64,000 bases of DNA. It comes from Schmidtea nova (Eukaryota). Positions 43,326 to 54,822 of the stretch are shown here, in pieces. The stretch lies in assembly GCA_044892505.1 (NCBI GenBank), contig CM097884.1, forward strand, positions 160,828,001 to 160,892,000, written 5' to 3'. A program made the translations under genes and the position numbers. The notes under the pieces were generated by a model that was given only the letters and a program-made list of their open reading frames with translations, was not told where the DNA came from and ran no database searches. The number at the start of each line of letters is the position of its first letter. Position 1 is the first letter of the stretch.

Positions 43326-43629
43326 TCGATATATATTTCCAATCTCTAGTTAAAGGTTTTCGAATTTCGAAATTTACTTTTCCTCGACAAAATCAAACAA
43401 CGCATGGCAAATGTTTGCCATTTTCAATCAAATGACAATCTCTTTCACAATTCTCATAGAATTTTGATTTTGTAAAATTATTAATAATTTTTTTTCAAAT
43501 AATGGTAACGACCTTGGAACGTTTATATTAATCCAATTTGTTGAATTTGATTTTGAGTAGAGCAAATTAGTTTCGACAAATTTACAACGTTTACAATCTT
43601 ATCATGATGATAAGAAAGTGAAAAAAATA

Positions 43630-43701
43630 TTCCCTGACCGGGAGTCGAACCCGGGCCACCTGGGTGAGAGCCAGGAATCCTAACCGCTAGACCATCAGGG
43701 A
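43630..43701 (-). tRNA. trnE-CTC: tRNA-Glu(CTC)
   Basis: Same as 362-433. Confidence 0.96.
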
Positions 43702-44005
43702 TCGATATATGTTTCCAATCTCTAGTTAAAGGTTTTCGAATTTCGAAATTTACTTTTCCTCGACAAAATCAAACAACGCATGGCAAATGTTTGCCATTTT
43801 CAATCAAATGACAATCTCTTTCACAATTCTCATAGAATTTTGATTTTGTAAAATTATTAATAATTTTTTTTCAAATAATGGTAACGACCTTGGAACGTTT
43901 ATATTAATCCAATTTGTTGAATTTGATTTTGAGTAGAGCAAATTAGTTTCGACAAATTTACAACGTTTACAATCTTATCATGATGATAAGAAAGTGAAAA
44001 AAATA

Positions 44006-44077
44006 TTCCCTGACCGGGAGTCGAACCCGGGCCACCTGGGTGAGAGCCAGGAATCCTAACCGCTAGACCATCAGGGA
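44006..44077 (-). tRNA. trnE-CTC: tRNA-Glu(CTC)
   Basis: Same as 362-433. Confidence 0.96.
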
Positions 44078-44381
44078 TCGATATATGTTTCCAATCTCTA
44101 GTTAAAGGTTTTCGAATTTCGAAATTTACTTTTCCTCGACAAAATCAAACAACGCATGGCAAATGTTTGCCATTTTCAATCAAATGACAATCTCTTTCAC
44201 AAATCTCATAGAATTTTGATTTTGTAAAATTATTAATAATTTTTTTTCAAATATTGGTAACGACCTTGGAACGTTTATATTAATCCAATTTGTTGAATTT
44301 GATTTTGAGTAGAGCAAATTAGTTTCGACAAATTTACAACGTTTACAATCTTATCATGATGATAAGAAAGTGAAAAAAATA

Positions 44382-44453
44382 TTCCCTGACCGGGAGTCGA
44401 ACCCGGGCCACCTGGGTGAGAGCCAGGAATCCTAACCGCTAGACCATCAGGGA
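44382..44453 (-). tRNA. trnE-CTC: tRNA-Glu(CTC)
   Basis: Same as 362-433. Confidence 0.96.
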
Positions 44454-44757
44454 TCGATATATGTTTCCAATCTCTAGTTAAAGGTTTTCGAATTTCGAAA
44501 TTTACTTTTCCTCGACAAAATCAAACAACGCATGGCAAATGTTTGCCATTTTCAATCAAATGACAATCTCTTTCACAATTCTCATAGAATTTTGATTTTG
44601 TAAAATTATTAATAATTTTTTTTCAAATAATGGTAACGACCTTGGAACGTTTATATTAATCCAATTTGTTGAATTTGATTTTGAGTAGAGCAAATTAGTT
44701 TCGACAAATTTACAACGTTTACAATCTTATCATGATGATAAGAAAGTGAAAAAAATA

Positions 44758-44829
44758 TTCCCTGACCGGGAGTCGAACCCGGGCCACCTGGGTGAGAGCC
44801 AGGAATCCTAACCGCTAGACCATCAGGGA
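44758..44829 (-). tRNA. trnE-CTC: tRNA-Glu(CTC)
   Basis: Same as 362-433. Confidence 0.96.
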
Positions 44830-45133
44830 TCGATATATGTTTCCAATCTCTAGTTAAAGGTTTTCGAATTTCGAAATTTACTTTTCCTCGACAAAATCAA
44901 ACAACGCATGGCAAATGTTTGCCATTTTCAATCAAATGACAATCTCTTTCACAAATCTCATAGAATTTTGATTTTGTAAAATTATTAATAATTTTTTTTC
45001 AAATAATGGTAACGACCTTGGAACGTTTATATTAATCCAATTTGTTGAATTTGATTTTGAGTAGAGCAAATTAGTTTCGACAAATTTACAACGTTTACAA
45101 TCTTATCATGATGATAAGAAAGTGAAAAAAATA

Positions 45134-45205
45134 TTCCCTGACCGGGAGTCGAACCCGGGCCACCTGGGTGAGAGCCAGGAATCCTAACCGCTAGACCATC
45201 AGGGA
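45134..45205 (-). tRNA. trnE-CTC: tRNA-Glu(CTC)
   Basis: Same as 362-433. Confidence 0.96.
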
Positions 45206-45509
45206 TCGATATATGTTTCCAATCTCTAGTTAAAGGTTTTCGAATTTCGAAATTTACTTTTCCTCGACAAAATCAAACAACGCATGGCAAATGTTTGCCA
45301 TTTTCAATCAAATGACAATCTCTTTCACAAATCTCATAGAATTTTGATTTTGTAAAATTATTAATAATTTTTTTTCAAATAATGGTAACGACCTTGGAAC
45401 GTTTATATTAATCCAATTTGTTGAATTTGATTTTGAGTAGAGCAAATTAGTTTCGACAAATTTACAACGTTTACAATCTTATCATGATGATAAGAAAGTG
45501 AAAAAAATA

Positions 45510-45581
45510 TTCCCTGACCGGGAGTCGAACCCGGGCCACCTGGGTGAGAGCCAGGAATCCTAACCGCTAGACCATCAGGGA
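45510..45581 (-). tRNA. trnE-CTC: tRNA-Glu(CTC)
   Basis: Same as 362-433. Confidence 0.96.
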
Positions 45582-45885
45582 TCGATATATGTTTCCAATC
45601 TCTAGTTAAAGGTTTTCGAATTTCGAAATTTACTTTTCCTCGACAAAATCAAACAACGCATGGCAAATGTTTGCCATTTTCAATCAAATGACAATCTCTT
45701 TCACAATTCTCATAGAATTTTGATTTTGTAAAATTATTAATAATTTTTTTTCAAATAATGGTAACGACCTTGGAACGTTTATATTAATCCAATTTGTTGA
45801 ATTTGATTTTGAGTAGAGCAAATTTGTTTCGACAAATTTACAACGTTTACAATCTTATCATGATGATAAGAAAGTGAAAAAAATA

Positions 45886-45957
45886 TTCCCTGACCGGGAG
45901 TCGAACCCGGGCCACCTGGGTGAGAGCCAGGAATCCTAACCGCTAGACCATCAGGGA
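45886..45957 (-). tRNA. trnE-CTC: tRNA-Glu(CTC)
   Basis: Same as 362-433. Confidence 0.96.
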
Positions 45958-46261
45958 TCGATATATGTTTCCAATCTCTAGTTAAAGGTTTTCGAATTTC
46001 GAAATTTACTTTTCCTCGACAAAATCAAACAACGCATGGCAAATGTTTGCCATTTTCAATCAAATGACAATCTCTTTCACAAATCTCATAGAATTTTGAT
46101 TTTGTAAAATTATTAATAATTTTTTTTCAAATAATGGTAACGACCTTGGAACGTTTATATTAATCCAATTTGTTGAATTTGATTTTGAGTAGAGCAAATT
46201 AGTTTCGACAAATTTACAACGTTTACAATCTTATCATGATGATAAGAAAGTGAAAAAAATA

Positions 46262-46333
46262 TTCCCTGACCGGGAGTCGAACCCGGGCCACCTGGGTGAG
46301 AGCCAGGAATCCTAACCGCTAGACCATCAGGGA
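46262..46333 (-). tRNA. trnE-CTC: tRNA-Glu(CTC)
   Basis: Same as 362-433. Confidence 0.96.
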
Positions 46334-46637
46334 TCGATATATGTTTCCAATCTCTAGTTAAAGGTTTTCGAATTTCGAAATTTACTTTTCCTCGACAAAA
46401 TCAAACAACGCATGGCAAATGTTTGCCATTTTCAATCAAATGACAATCTCTTTCACAATTCTCATAGAATTTTGATTTTGTAAAATTATTAATAATTTTT
46501 TTTCAAATAATGGTAACGACCTTGGAACGTTTATATTAATCCAATTTGTTGAATTTGATTTTGAGTAGAGCAAATTTGTTTCGACAAATTTACAACGTTT
46601 ACAATCTTATCATGATGATAAGAAAGTGAAAAAAATA

Positions 46638-46709
46638 TTCCCTGACCGGGAGTCGAACCCGGGCCACCTGGGTGAGAGCCAGGAATCCTAACCGCTAGAC
46701 CATCAGGGA
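46638..46709 (-). tRNA. trnE-CTC: tRNA-Glu(CTC)
   Basis: Same as 362-433. Confidence 0.96.
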
Positions 46710-47013
46710 TCGATATATGTTTCCAATCTCTAGTTAAAGGTTTTCGAATTTCGAAATTTACTTTTCCTCGACAAAATCAAACAACGCATGGCAAATGTTT
46801 GCCATTTTCAATCAAATGACAATCTCTTTCACAATTCTCATAGAATTTTGATTTTGTAAAATTATTAATAATTTTTTTTCAAATAATGGTAACGACCTTG
46901 GAACGTTTATATTAATCCAATTTGTTGAATTTGATTTTGAGTAGAGCAAATTAGTTTCGACAAATTTACAACGTTTACAATCTTATCATGATGATAAGAA
47001 AGTGAAAAAAATA

Positions 47014-47085
47014 TTCCCTGACCGGGAGTCGAACCCGGGCCACCTGGGTGAGAGCCAGGAATCCTAACCGCTAGACCATCAGGGA
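47014..47085 (-). tRNA. trnE-CTC: tRNA-Glu(CTC)
   Basis: Same as 362-433. Confidence 0.96.
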
Positions 47086-47389
47086 TCGATATATGTTTCC
47101 AATCTCTAGTTAAAGGTTTTCGAATTTCGAAATTTACTTTTCCTCGACAAAATCAAACAACGCATGGCAAATGTTTGCCATTTTCAATCAAATGACAATC
47201 TCTTTCACAATTCTCATAGAATTTTGATTTTGTAAAATTATTAATAATTTTTTTTCAAATAATGGTAACGACCTTGGAACGTTTATATTAATCCAATTTG
47301 TTGAATTTGATTTTGAGTAGAGCAAATTAGTTTCGACAAATTTACAACGTTTACAATCTTATCATGATGATAAGAAAGTGAAAAAAATA

Positions 47390-47461
47390 TTCCCTGACCG
47401 GGAGTCGAACCCGGGCCACCTGGGTGAGAGCCAGGAATCCTAACCGCTAGACCATCAGGGA
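47390..47461 (-). tRNA. trnE-CTC: tRNA-Glu(CTC)
   Basis: Same as 362-433. Confidence 0.96.
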
Positions 47462-47765
47462 TCGATATATGTTTCCAATCTCTAGTTAAAGGTTTTCGAA
47501 TTTCGAAATTTACTTTTCCTCGACAAAATCAAACAACGCATGGCAAATGTTTGCCATTTTCAATCAAATGACAATCTCTTTCACAAATCTCATAGAATTT
47601 TGATTTTGTAAAATTATTAATAATTTTTTTTCAAATAATGGTAACGACCTTGGAACGTTTATATTAATCCAATTTGTTGAATTTGATTTTGAGTAGAGCA
47701 AATTAGTTTCGACAAATTTACAACGTTTACAATCTTATCATGATGATAAGAAAGTGAAAAAAATA

Positions 47766-47837
47766 TTCCCTGACCGGGAGTCGAACCCGGGCCACCTGGG
47801 TGAGAGCCAGGAATCCTAACCGCTAGACCATCAGGGA
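47766..47837 (-). tRNA. trnE-CTC: tRNA-Glu(CTC)
   Basis: Same as 362-433. Confidence 0.96.
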
Positions 47838-48141
47838 TCGATATATGTTTCCAATCTCTAGTTAAAGGTTTTCGAATTTCGAAATTTACTTTTCCTCGAC
47901 AAAATCAAACAACGCATGGCAAATGTTTGCCATTTTCAATCAAATGACAATCTCTTTCACAATTCTCATAGAATTTTGATTTTGTAAAATTATTAATAAT
48001 TTTTTTTCAAATAATGGTAACGACCTTGGAACGTTTATATTAATCCAATTTGTTGAATTTGATTTTGAGTAGAGCAAATTAGTTTCGACAAATTTACAAC
48101 GTTTACAATCTTATCATGATGATAAGAAAGTGAAAAAAATA

Positions 48142-48213
48142 TTCCCTGACCGGGAGTCGAACCCGGGCCACCTGGGTGAGAGCCAGGAATCCTAACCGCT
48201 AGACCATCAGGGA
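48142..48213 (-). tRNA. trnE-CTC: tRNA-Glu(CTC)
   Basis: Same as 362-433. Confidence 0.96.
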
Positions 48214-48517
48214 TCGATATATGTTTCCAATCTCTAGTTAAAGGTTTTCGAATTTCGAAATTTACTTTTCCTCGACAAAATCAAACAACGCATGGCAAAT
48301 GTTTGCCATTTTCAATCAAATGACAATCTCTTTCACAAATCTCATAGAATTTTGATTTTGTAAAATTATTAATAATTTTTTTTCAAATAATGGTAACGAC
48401 CTTGGAACGTTTATATTAATCCAATTTGTTGAATTTGATTTTGAGTAGAGCAAATTAGTTTCGACAAATTTACAACGTTTACAATCTTATCATGATGATA
48501 AGAAAGTGAAAAAAATA

Positions 48518-48589
48518 TTCCCTGACCGGGAGTCGAACCCGGGCCACCTGGGTGAGAGCCAGGAATCCTAACCGCTAGACCATCAGGGA
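48518..48589 (-). tRNA. trnE-CTC: tRNA-Glu(CTC)
   Basis: Same as 362-433. Confidence 0.96.
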
Positions 48590-48893
48590 TCGATATATGT
48601 TTCCAATCTCTAGTTAAAGGTTTTCGAATTTCGAAATTTACTTTTCCTCGACAAAATCAAACAACGCATGGCAAATGTTTGCCATTTTCAATCAAATGAC
48701 AATCTCTTTCACAAATCTCATAGAATTTTGATTTTGTAAAATTATTAATAATTTTTTTTCAAATAATGGTAACGACCTTGGAACGTTTATATTAATCCAA
48801 TTTGTTGAATTTGATTTTGAGTAGAGCAAATTAGTTTCGACAAATTTACAACGTTTACAATCTTATCATGATGATAAGAAAGTGAAAAAAATA

Positions 48894-48965
48894 TTCCCTG
48901 ACCGGGAGTCGAACCCGGGCCACCTGGGTGAGAGCCAGGAATCCTAACCGCTAGACCATCAGGGA
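48894..48965 (-). tRNA. trnE-CTC: tRNA-Glu(CTC)
   Basis: Same as 362-433. Confidence 0.96.
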
Positions 48966-49269
48966 TCGATATATGTTTCCAATCTCTAGTTAAAGGTTTT
49001 CGAATTTCGAAATTTACTTTTCCTCGACAAAATCAAACAACGCATGGCAAATGTTTGCCATTTTCAATCAAATGACAATCTCTTTCACAAATCTCATAGA
49101 ATTTTGATTTTGTAAAATTATTAATAATTTTTTTTCAAATAATGGTAACGACCTTGGAACGTTTATATTAATCCAATTTGTTGAATTTGATTTTGAGTAG
49201 AGCAAATTAGTTTCGACAAATTTACAACGTTTACAATCTTATCATGATGATAAGAAAGTGAAAAAAATA

Positions 49270-49341
49270 TTCCCTGACCGGGAGTCGAACCCGGGCCACC
49301 TGGGTGAGAGCCAGGAATCCTAACCGCTAGACCATCAGGGA
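49270..49341 (-). tRNA. trnE-CTC: tRNA-Glu(CTC)
   Basis: Same as 362-433. Confidence 0.96.
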
Positions 49342-49645
49342 TCGATATATGTTTCCAATCTCTAGTTAAAGGTTTTCGAATTTCGAAATTTACTTTTCCT
49401 CGACAAAATCAAACAACGCATGGCAAATGTTTGCCATTTTCAATCAAATGACAATCTCTTTCACAAATCTCATAGAATTTTGATTTTGTAAAATTATTAA
49501 TAATTTTTTTTCAAATAATGGTAACGACCTTGGAACGTTTATATTAATCCAATTTGTTGAATTTGATTTTGAGTAGAGCAAATTAGTTTCGACAAATTTA
49601 CAACGTTTACAATCTTATCATGATGATAAGAAAGTGAAAAAAATA

Positions 49646-49698
49646 TTCCCTGACCGGGAGTCGAACCCGGGCCACCTGGGTGAGAGCCAGGAATCCTA
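49646..49698 (-). pseudogene. tRNA-Glu disrupted by element copy 4
   Basis: aggaatccta|gtaaacg junction. Confidence 0.95.
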
Positions 49699-50232
49699 GT
49701 AAACGTTTATTAATTATAATAAATTTTTCAAATTTACAATGGGACAATGCTCTACATGGAGCATGCCTTTCATGAAAGATACAGCAAATAAAGAGACAGA
49801 ATTTCAATGATAGTTAAAATCAAATGTGAGAAAATAAGGTCTCAATAAATGTTGCTTTTCATAAATGTTCCCTGGCGATGATTTGAAATATTTCATCGGA
49901 CTGTTTTTCCGGCTTTGCGACATCCTTCAGCCTATCTTTTCATGTCATGATCACAGTCTTTTTGTTTTCTGAGGAATCCGCAGCAATAAAACTTCTTCAC
50001 GAGTCAAGGTGTCTAGAGACATTGAGTTTACAGACGCTAGAATTGGTTCTACTAAATAAATATACAAATATACATATATACATATATAAATCCTCGGACT
50101 CGGGCGGAAAAAATCTAAAATAAATTTTTTCTACAAATTAAAAAAAAAAAAAGGTTTATACTATATACATTAAAATGGCAATTCTCCGCACAACGAGTGT
50201 CTCCATTTTGATCGTGGCATTCATTACAAATC

Positions 50233-53200
50233 TCACAAGTCTCTAAGATAACCAGTCGTATGAAAATGCCACCTATTGGCTGAGTGTTTGATATTACTTA
50301 TCGCACACTGTTTCAAAAGAGGATCGATTTTCTTCAAAGGTATTCCAACCTTTAAAAGAACATCGAAAGTCAAAGATGGAATTGATCCTAGAGAACCAAT
50401 GATACAAGTGAGTAGTTCTACCTTGTAATCAGGTTTCGCGATTTGAATTGCCTTTCTTAACGATTCGTATTTTAACAGGTTTTCTTTATTTACCTGCTCA
50501 AAACTCGAAAGACAATCAATCGGACATTTCATGTCTACCATGAGAATTCTTTTCCTATTTACGTCGGTGATGATGAGGTCAACTCGCTCTTTAGAGTATG
50601 GAACCAACGAACAAGTTTGATCGATAACGACAATAAGATTCGGATCTGTCAGTTGATCTGTTATCAATTTCAAGCAATCATTGTGTCTTTTTGTTGCAAG
50701 TGTTTGATGAACTTTACATGATTGCAAAACATGTGCCATTGTTTCCTCCTCAGAGTGGCAGCGACGACAAAGTCTTTCTTTTACATTTCGAAAAGGTTTA
50801 GCTAGAAATGACAATGTATTCGTGCGAGCACGATGGATGAAATTCCAAGAGAATTCTGACAGATCACTTCGAAAGATTGCTTTATTGATCTTAGGCGAAA
50901 GAGTGATTGCTGATGCGATCAAATTACTTTTATTACTACTTTGCCATTTGGAAAGATAAGAATCAAAAAGCGTATCATGCAAGATCTTAGAAATAGAATT
51001 CCGAAAATCGGGAGTTGCGATCAATGTACCTCGCTCTTTTGTTGTAATATGAAGCACAGGTTCATTATTTAGGGTTTGAAAGGATATCCTAATGGCATGA
51101 ATTTTATTCAGGAATTCTACAGATGTTCGCGCTCTCCGAAAACGTGTTTTCTTTCCATGATGGATGCGCTTGCATTCAATGCCATTTAACCAATCAAAGC
51201 TATCCTGAAGAGTTGGATGCTGAATTCCAAGTCGAGAACTAGTGACAAATTTCAAAGAGTCTGTATTGATCTTTTTTGCATAATTGCAAATGGAAGTAAA
51301 AAGTCGAAAAAAGTGCACTATGGTTTGGACATGATATTCGTCAAGCAGGTCAACACAAGAAGCTCCACCATTTTCCGTGGAGTTGTAAAAATATGAAATC
51401 TCTGAATTTTCAGGAAGATTCATCATTTTTCTCAAATGACTTCTCAATTTACTTGTGTTGTTACCAGTGACATTGCTATTTCCATAAGGGATTGCCAAAG
51501 TACTTGTTTTTATTTCCCTCGTTCTAAAAGGAAAGATGAGGCGTGAATGTAGAAAAATCTTGTAAGCTTTGAGTTTTTGCCAGCCTAACAAGTCAGAGTT
51601 TGCAAGTTTTTTGGCGTCAGATATTACCTTATTTAGGATATCATAAGGGCTTTGATCAATATCTTCTCCAACTGGGACACCAAGATACTGATAGAACTCG
51701 CGAGATAGCAATTTCTTGATTTTGATATTTTCAATAGAAATTTCACTATCTATGTGGACCTTAGGAAGTTGAATGTATCCACATTTTTCTGGTCGATATA
51801 CAAAACCTATTTGTGCAGCAGTGTCAACAGCTATATCAGTGATTCGTTGCAAGTCACTGACATTTTTTGATATTAAAGCAATGTCGTCTGCGTATGCAAG
51901 AATTTGTAACGGAGATGTGCCAATCATGAATGGTTCTACTGTCGATCGGCTGACAGCTTCAAGTACCGGATTAATCGCAATGGCGAATAAAATCATTGAA
52001 ATTGGGCATCCTTGTTTCACCCCTTGTCTAATAGCTATGTTTGAAGTGAGAACTGGTCCGCAACTGTACATAGAAGATGTGTCGGAATAAAGTAGTTGCA
52101 ATATCGTAGTGAACTCATCACATACGCCAATATATCGAAGGACAGACCACATGTATTCATGAGGGACACTACCAAATGCGTCTTTAATGTCAAGCCATGC
52201 AATCGATATTGGACAATCTTTACTATATTTAGAGTGTTCCAAAGCAGCTGTCAGTATGGAATTGTGTTCAACACAGCCATCGTGTTCTGAACCTCCCTTT
52301 TGTCCAATGTGTAGAATGTTGTTCAAATCTACCCAAGTAGTAAGACGTCTAGCCAATATCGAAGCAAAAACCTTATAAATCACTGACAATAAGGCAATCG
52401 GCCTCCAAGATGACACATTATCGTATTTGTCATTCTTGTCAGGTTTCGGAATCAAAAGAGTCCTGAAAGATTTCCAATCATTTGGAACGATTTTATCGGT
52501 TATTATTCGGTTAAAAAGAAATGCAAGGAGATCCCCATCGGGATCCAAAAGACGCAAATCTCTATATTGAATACCATCAGAACCAGGAGATGTGTTGTCA
52601 GCTTTTTTAAGCTCAAACAATACCTCGACTGGCAATATTCGATCGAGTTTCAAAGGCTTTTGTGATTTTTTACAGAATTGAAGGACAGAATTCCAGCATT
52701 TGGATATAGGTAATGCGTGACTATAATATTTAATAATGTCTTCAATTGAAGGCCTTACATTTATTTTAAAATTATCAATGATTTTACTGACGGCTCTTTT
52801 CATTTCCGTCATAAATAGAGAAATAATTTGAGTTTTATTTAATTTTGAGTTATCTCTCTTATTTTTCCCTAAATAAAGTTTAAAAGTTGATTTCTTACGA
52901 TCAGGAAATTCTTTGATAATTATGTCAATGATCTCATTGACAGTTGAAAATTTAATTGCTATTAAAAGGTCTTTGATTTTAATTTTGCGTTGAATTAAAT
53001 TTAATTTAACTAGTTCCTTTTCATTCCCTTTTGGTATTATTTTAGTGTTAATTTTATTTGTTTTATTGGCAACTGGAACTAAGGAACTAATAACATTTCC
53101 AATATCGCGCAGGTTGATGTTTTCAAGGGATATGTCACAAGCATAATGTTTGATAAATGCGCATATAAGTATTTTACAGAGAAGACCTGAACCTCGCACA

Positions 53201-54813
53201 TCATGTGGACAAATACCGTTTGTCAATGCACGACCAGGGGTTTCTCGTAATTCATTAATTTTTTCAATGATGGTTTTACTCATTGAGAGATAATTAATAC
53301 CTGATAAAAGAGTTGTTGGATTCAAAATATAATGTGCATCGGTATTATAATCTATTATTAATAAGTTTTCCCTTGATTTTTGGGGGGTTATAACTGAAAA
53401 AATGACTTGTGCTTTAACAAGACATTCATAATTTAGAAATGTACTGATGTATTGGGTACAATCATCGAGGATCGCCGTTGACATTGTTGCGTTTAACAAG
53501 ATAAAGGTCGGTGATAATTTTAGATTGTTAAAATAAGTTGTTAGAATTTGATCGTCAAGCTTCCCATTTATTGTGTCTAAGTTTAAACAGATTTCATTTA
53601 CATGTTTTAATTTCAATGATTTTAGTGATTTTGTAGTATCTTCAAGATTGGCAATGTTATTAAAAATTAACTTTTCTAATAAAGTAATGAAATATGATGC
53701 CATTATGATTGGTTCAACGGAAAATATTGGTGAGAAACTGATCTCGTGATCAATGATAAAGTTAATCTTTCTCTGAAGGAAAAATTGATTCAAATAATCG
53801 GTCATATTTTCTCCTATACCGATTAATCTTTCTTTTACAGTTTGAAAGCCTGTAGTAAAAATGTGACTTTTTCCGAGTTGAACAGAGAACAGAAATAAGC
53901 ACCAAGAGTTGTTATTTGGAATAATACTTATTACATGTTCAATGTATTGAAATTGTTTGAAAGTCACGTTTTCAATAATGAAAGCATTATTTTGCGCAAC
54001 TATATTTGACGTTAATTCGGGAGAGAGAACCATTATATTAGTGTAGGTTGAAAACCATTTATCAATCAATGTTGATATGCATGGGTTTTCGTTATATAGC
54101 ATGATGTTATTTGTTTTGCTTTTATATCTAACTGCTTTCTTGAAGTTGATCAAGTTCATAAAGTTTGACTTTGGCGGACCACCTCCAATTGTTTTTGATG
54201 TAATAGTGGTACAGTTAGCATTATTATTGAAAACATCTTCCCTTATACTATTTACAAAATTATCAGGAAAGTATTCCCAAACTTGACTAATTATCAATGC
54301 GTAAGCGCAGACAAAAGGCCCACAATCAAAGTCGTTATTTTGATATTCAAGTTTAATATGGGGATTATATGTTACCGCCGCTTTAAGTTTAAACAATTTA
54401 TTTAAAGCCATATTTATTTTAAGGGCGCTTGTTTTGTTGATAAATTTATTTTTATTTTCAAGAATTGGATCAATGTAGTACGAAAGTAAGGATGATTTAC
54501 AGTACACGAACAAGATCCAATGTGCGTTTGATATATTTAATGGGCAAAGTATTATTTGTGCGTTAAACACTGTTTCTGGCAAGGAAATTATATTTTCCTC
54601 AAGATTTGCAAGTAAAATGCTAACAATATAACATTTAATGCAAGCATACATTTGGCTACTGATATGACGCTCAAGATAAAAGTCAATGTCATCATCAGTG
54701 AACCAGGCCTTTGGATCACGCACGGAATTTAAATTATTTACAGTTTTATTACTTGTGCTGTCTGCATCAGTCTCTTTTGAGATTGGGGCAGATATTAACA
54801 CTGATGCAGGCAC
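50233..54813 (-). CDS. ORF2 (Ulp1-like/RT/CCHC/RLE), copy 4, 1526 aa
   Basis: All motifs intact; private changes A234T, Y1341F, P1480S. Confidence 0.95.
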   Translation of the reverse strand: MPASVLISAPISKETDADSTSNKTVNNLNSVRDPKAWFTDDDIDFYLERHISSQMYACIKCYIVSILLANLEENIISLPETVFNAQIILCPLNISNAHWILFVYCKSSLLSYYIDPILENKNKFINKTSALKINMALNKLFKLKAAVTYNPHIKLEYQNNDFDCGPFVCAYALIISQVWEYFPDNFVNSIREDVFNNNANCTTITSKTIGGGPPKSNFMNLINFKKAVRYKSKTNNIMLYNENPCISTLIDKWFSTYTNIMVLSPELTSNIVAQNNAFIIENVTFKQFQYIEHVISIIPNNNSWCLFLFSVQLGKSHIFTTGFQTVKERLIGIGENMTDYLNQFFLQRKINFIIDHEISFSPIFSVEPIIMASYFITLLEKLIFNNIANLEDTTKSLKSLKLKHVNEICLNLDTINGKLDDQILTTYFNNLKLSPTFILLNATMSTAILDDCTQYISTFLNYECLVKAQVIFSVITPQKSRENLLIIDYNTDAHYILNPTTLLSGINYLSMSKTIIEKINELRETPGRALTNGICPHDVRGSGLLCKILICAFIKHYACDISLENINLRDIGNVISSLVPVANKTNKINTKIIPKGNEKELVKLNLIQRKIKIKDLLIAIKFSTVNEIIDIIIKEFPDRKKSTFKLYLGKNKRDNSKLNKTQIISLFMTEMKRAVSKIIDNFKINVRPSIEDIIKYYSHALPISKCWNSVLQFCKKSQKPLKLDRILPVEVLFELKKADNTSPGSDGIQYRDLRLLDPDGDLLAFLFNRIITDKIVPNDWKSFRTLLIPKPDKNDKYDNVSSWRPIALLSVIYKVFASILARRLTTWVDLNNILHIGQKGGSEHDGCVEHNSILTAALEHSKYSKDCPISIAWLDIKDAFGSVPHEYMWSVLRYIGVCDEFTTILQLLYSDTSSMYSCGPVLTSNIAIRQGVKQGCPISMILFAIAINPVLEAVSRSTVEPFMIGTSPLQILAYADDIALISKNVSDLQRITDIAVDTAAQIGFVYRPEKCGYIQLPKVHIDSEISIENIKIKKLLSREFYQYLGVPVGEDIDQSPYDILNKVISDAKKLANSDLLGWQKLKAYKIFLHSRLIFPFRTREIKTSTLAIPYGNSNVTGNNTSKLRSHLRKMMNLPENSEISYFYNSTENGGASCVDLLDEYHVQTIVHFFRLFTSICNYAKKINTDSLKFVTSSRLGIQHPTLQDSFDWLNGIECKRIHHGKKTRFRRARTSVEFLNKIHAIRISFQTLNNEPVLHITTKERGTLIATPDFRNSISKILHDTLFDSYLSKWQSSNKSNLIASAITLSPKINKAIFRSDLSEFSWNFIHRARTNTLSFLAKPFRNVKERLCRRCHSEEETMAHVLQSCKVHQTLATKRHNDCLKLITDQLTDPNLIVVIDQTCSLVPYSKERVDLIITDVNRKRILMVDMKCPIDCLSSFEQVNKENLLKYESLRKAIQIAKPDYKVELLTCIIGSLGSIPSLTFDVLLKVGIPLKKIDPLLKQCAISNIKHSANRWHFHTTGYLRDL

Positions 54814-54822
54814 ACACCTTCA
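54754..54822 (-). promoter_or_regulatory. Putative UGA readthrough cassette, copy 4
   Basis: In-frame TGA; stem core 10 bp in this copy. Confidence 0.55.

Larger units (their letters stand above)
40341..49698 (-). repeat. tRNA-Glu array block D (24 full-length genes + disrupted gene)
   Basis: 49646-40622 = 24 x 376. Confidence 0.98.

Noticed and set aside
50101-50155. Three clustered changes in copy-4 3' UTR (A13 vs A9 and others)
   Set aside because: All lie in homopolymer runs; likely slippage or sequencing error
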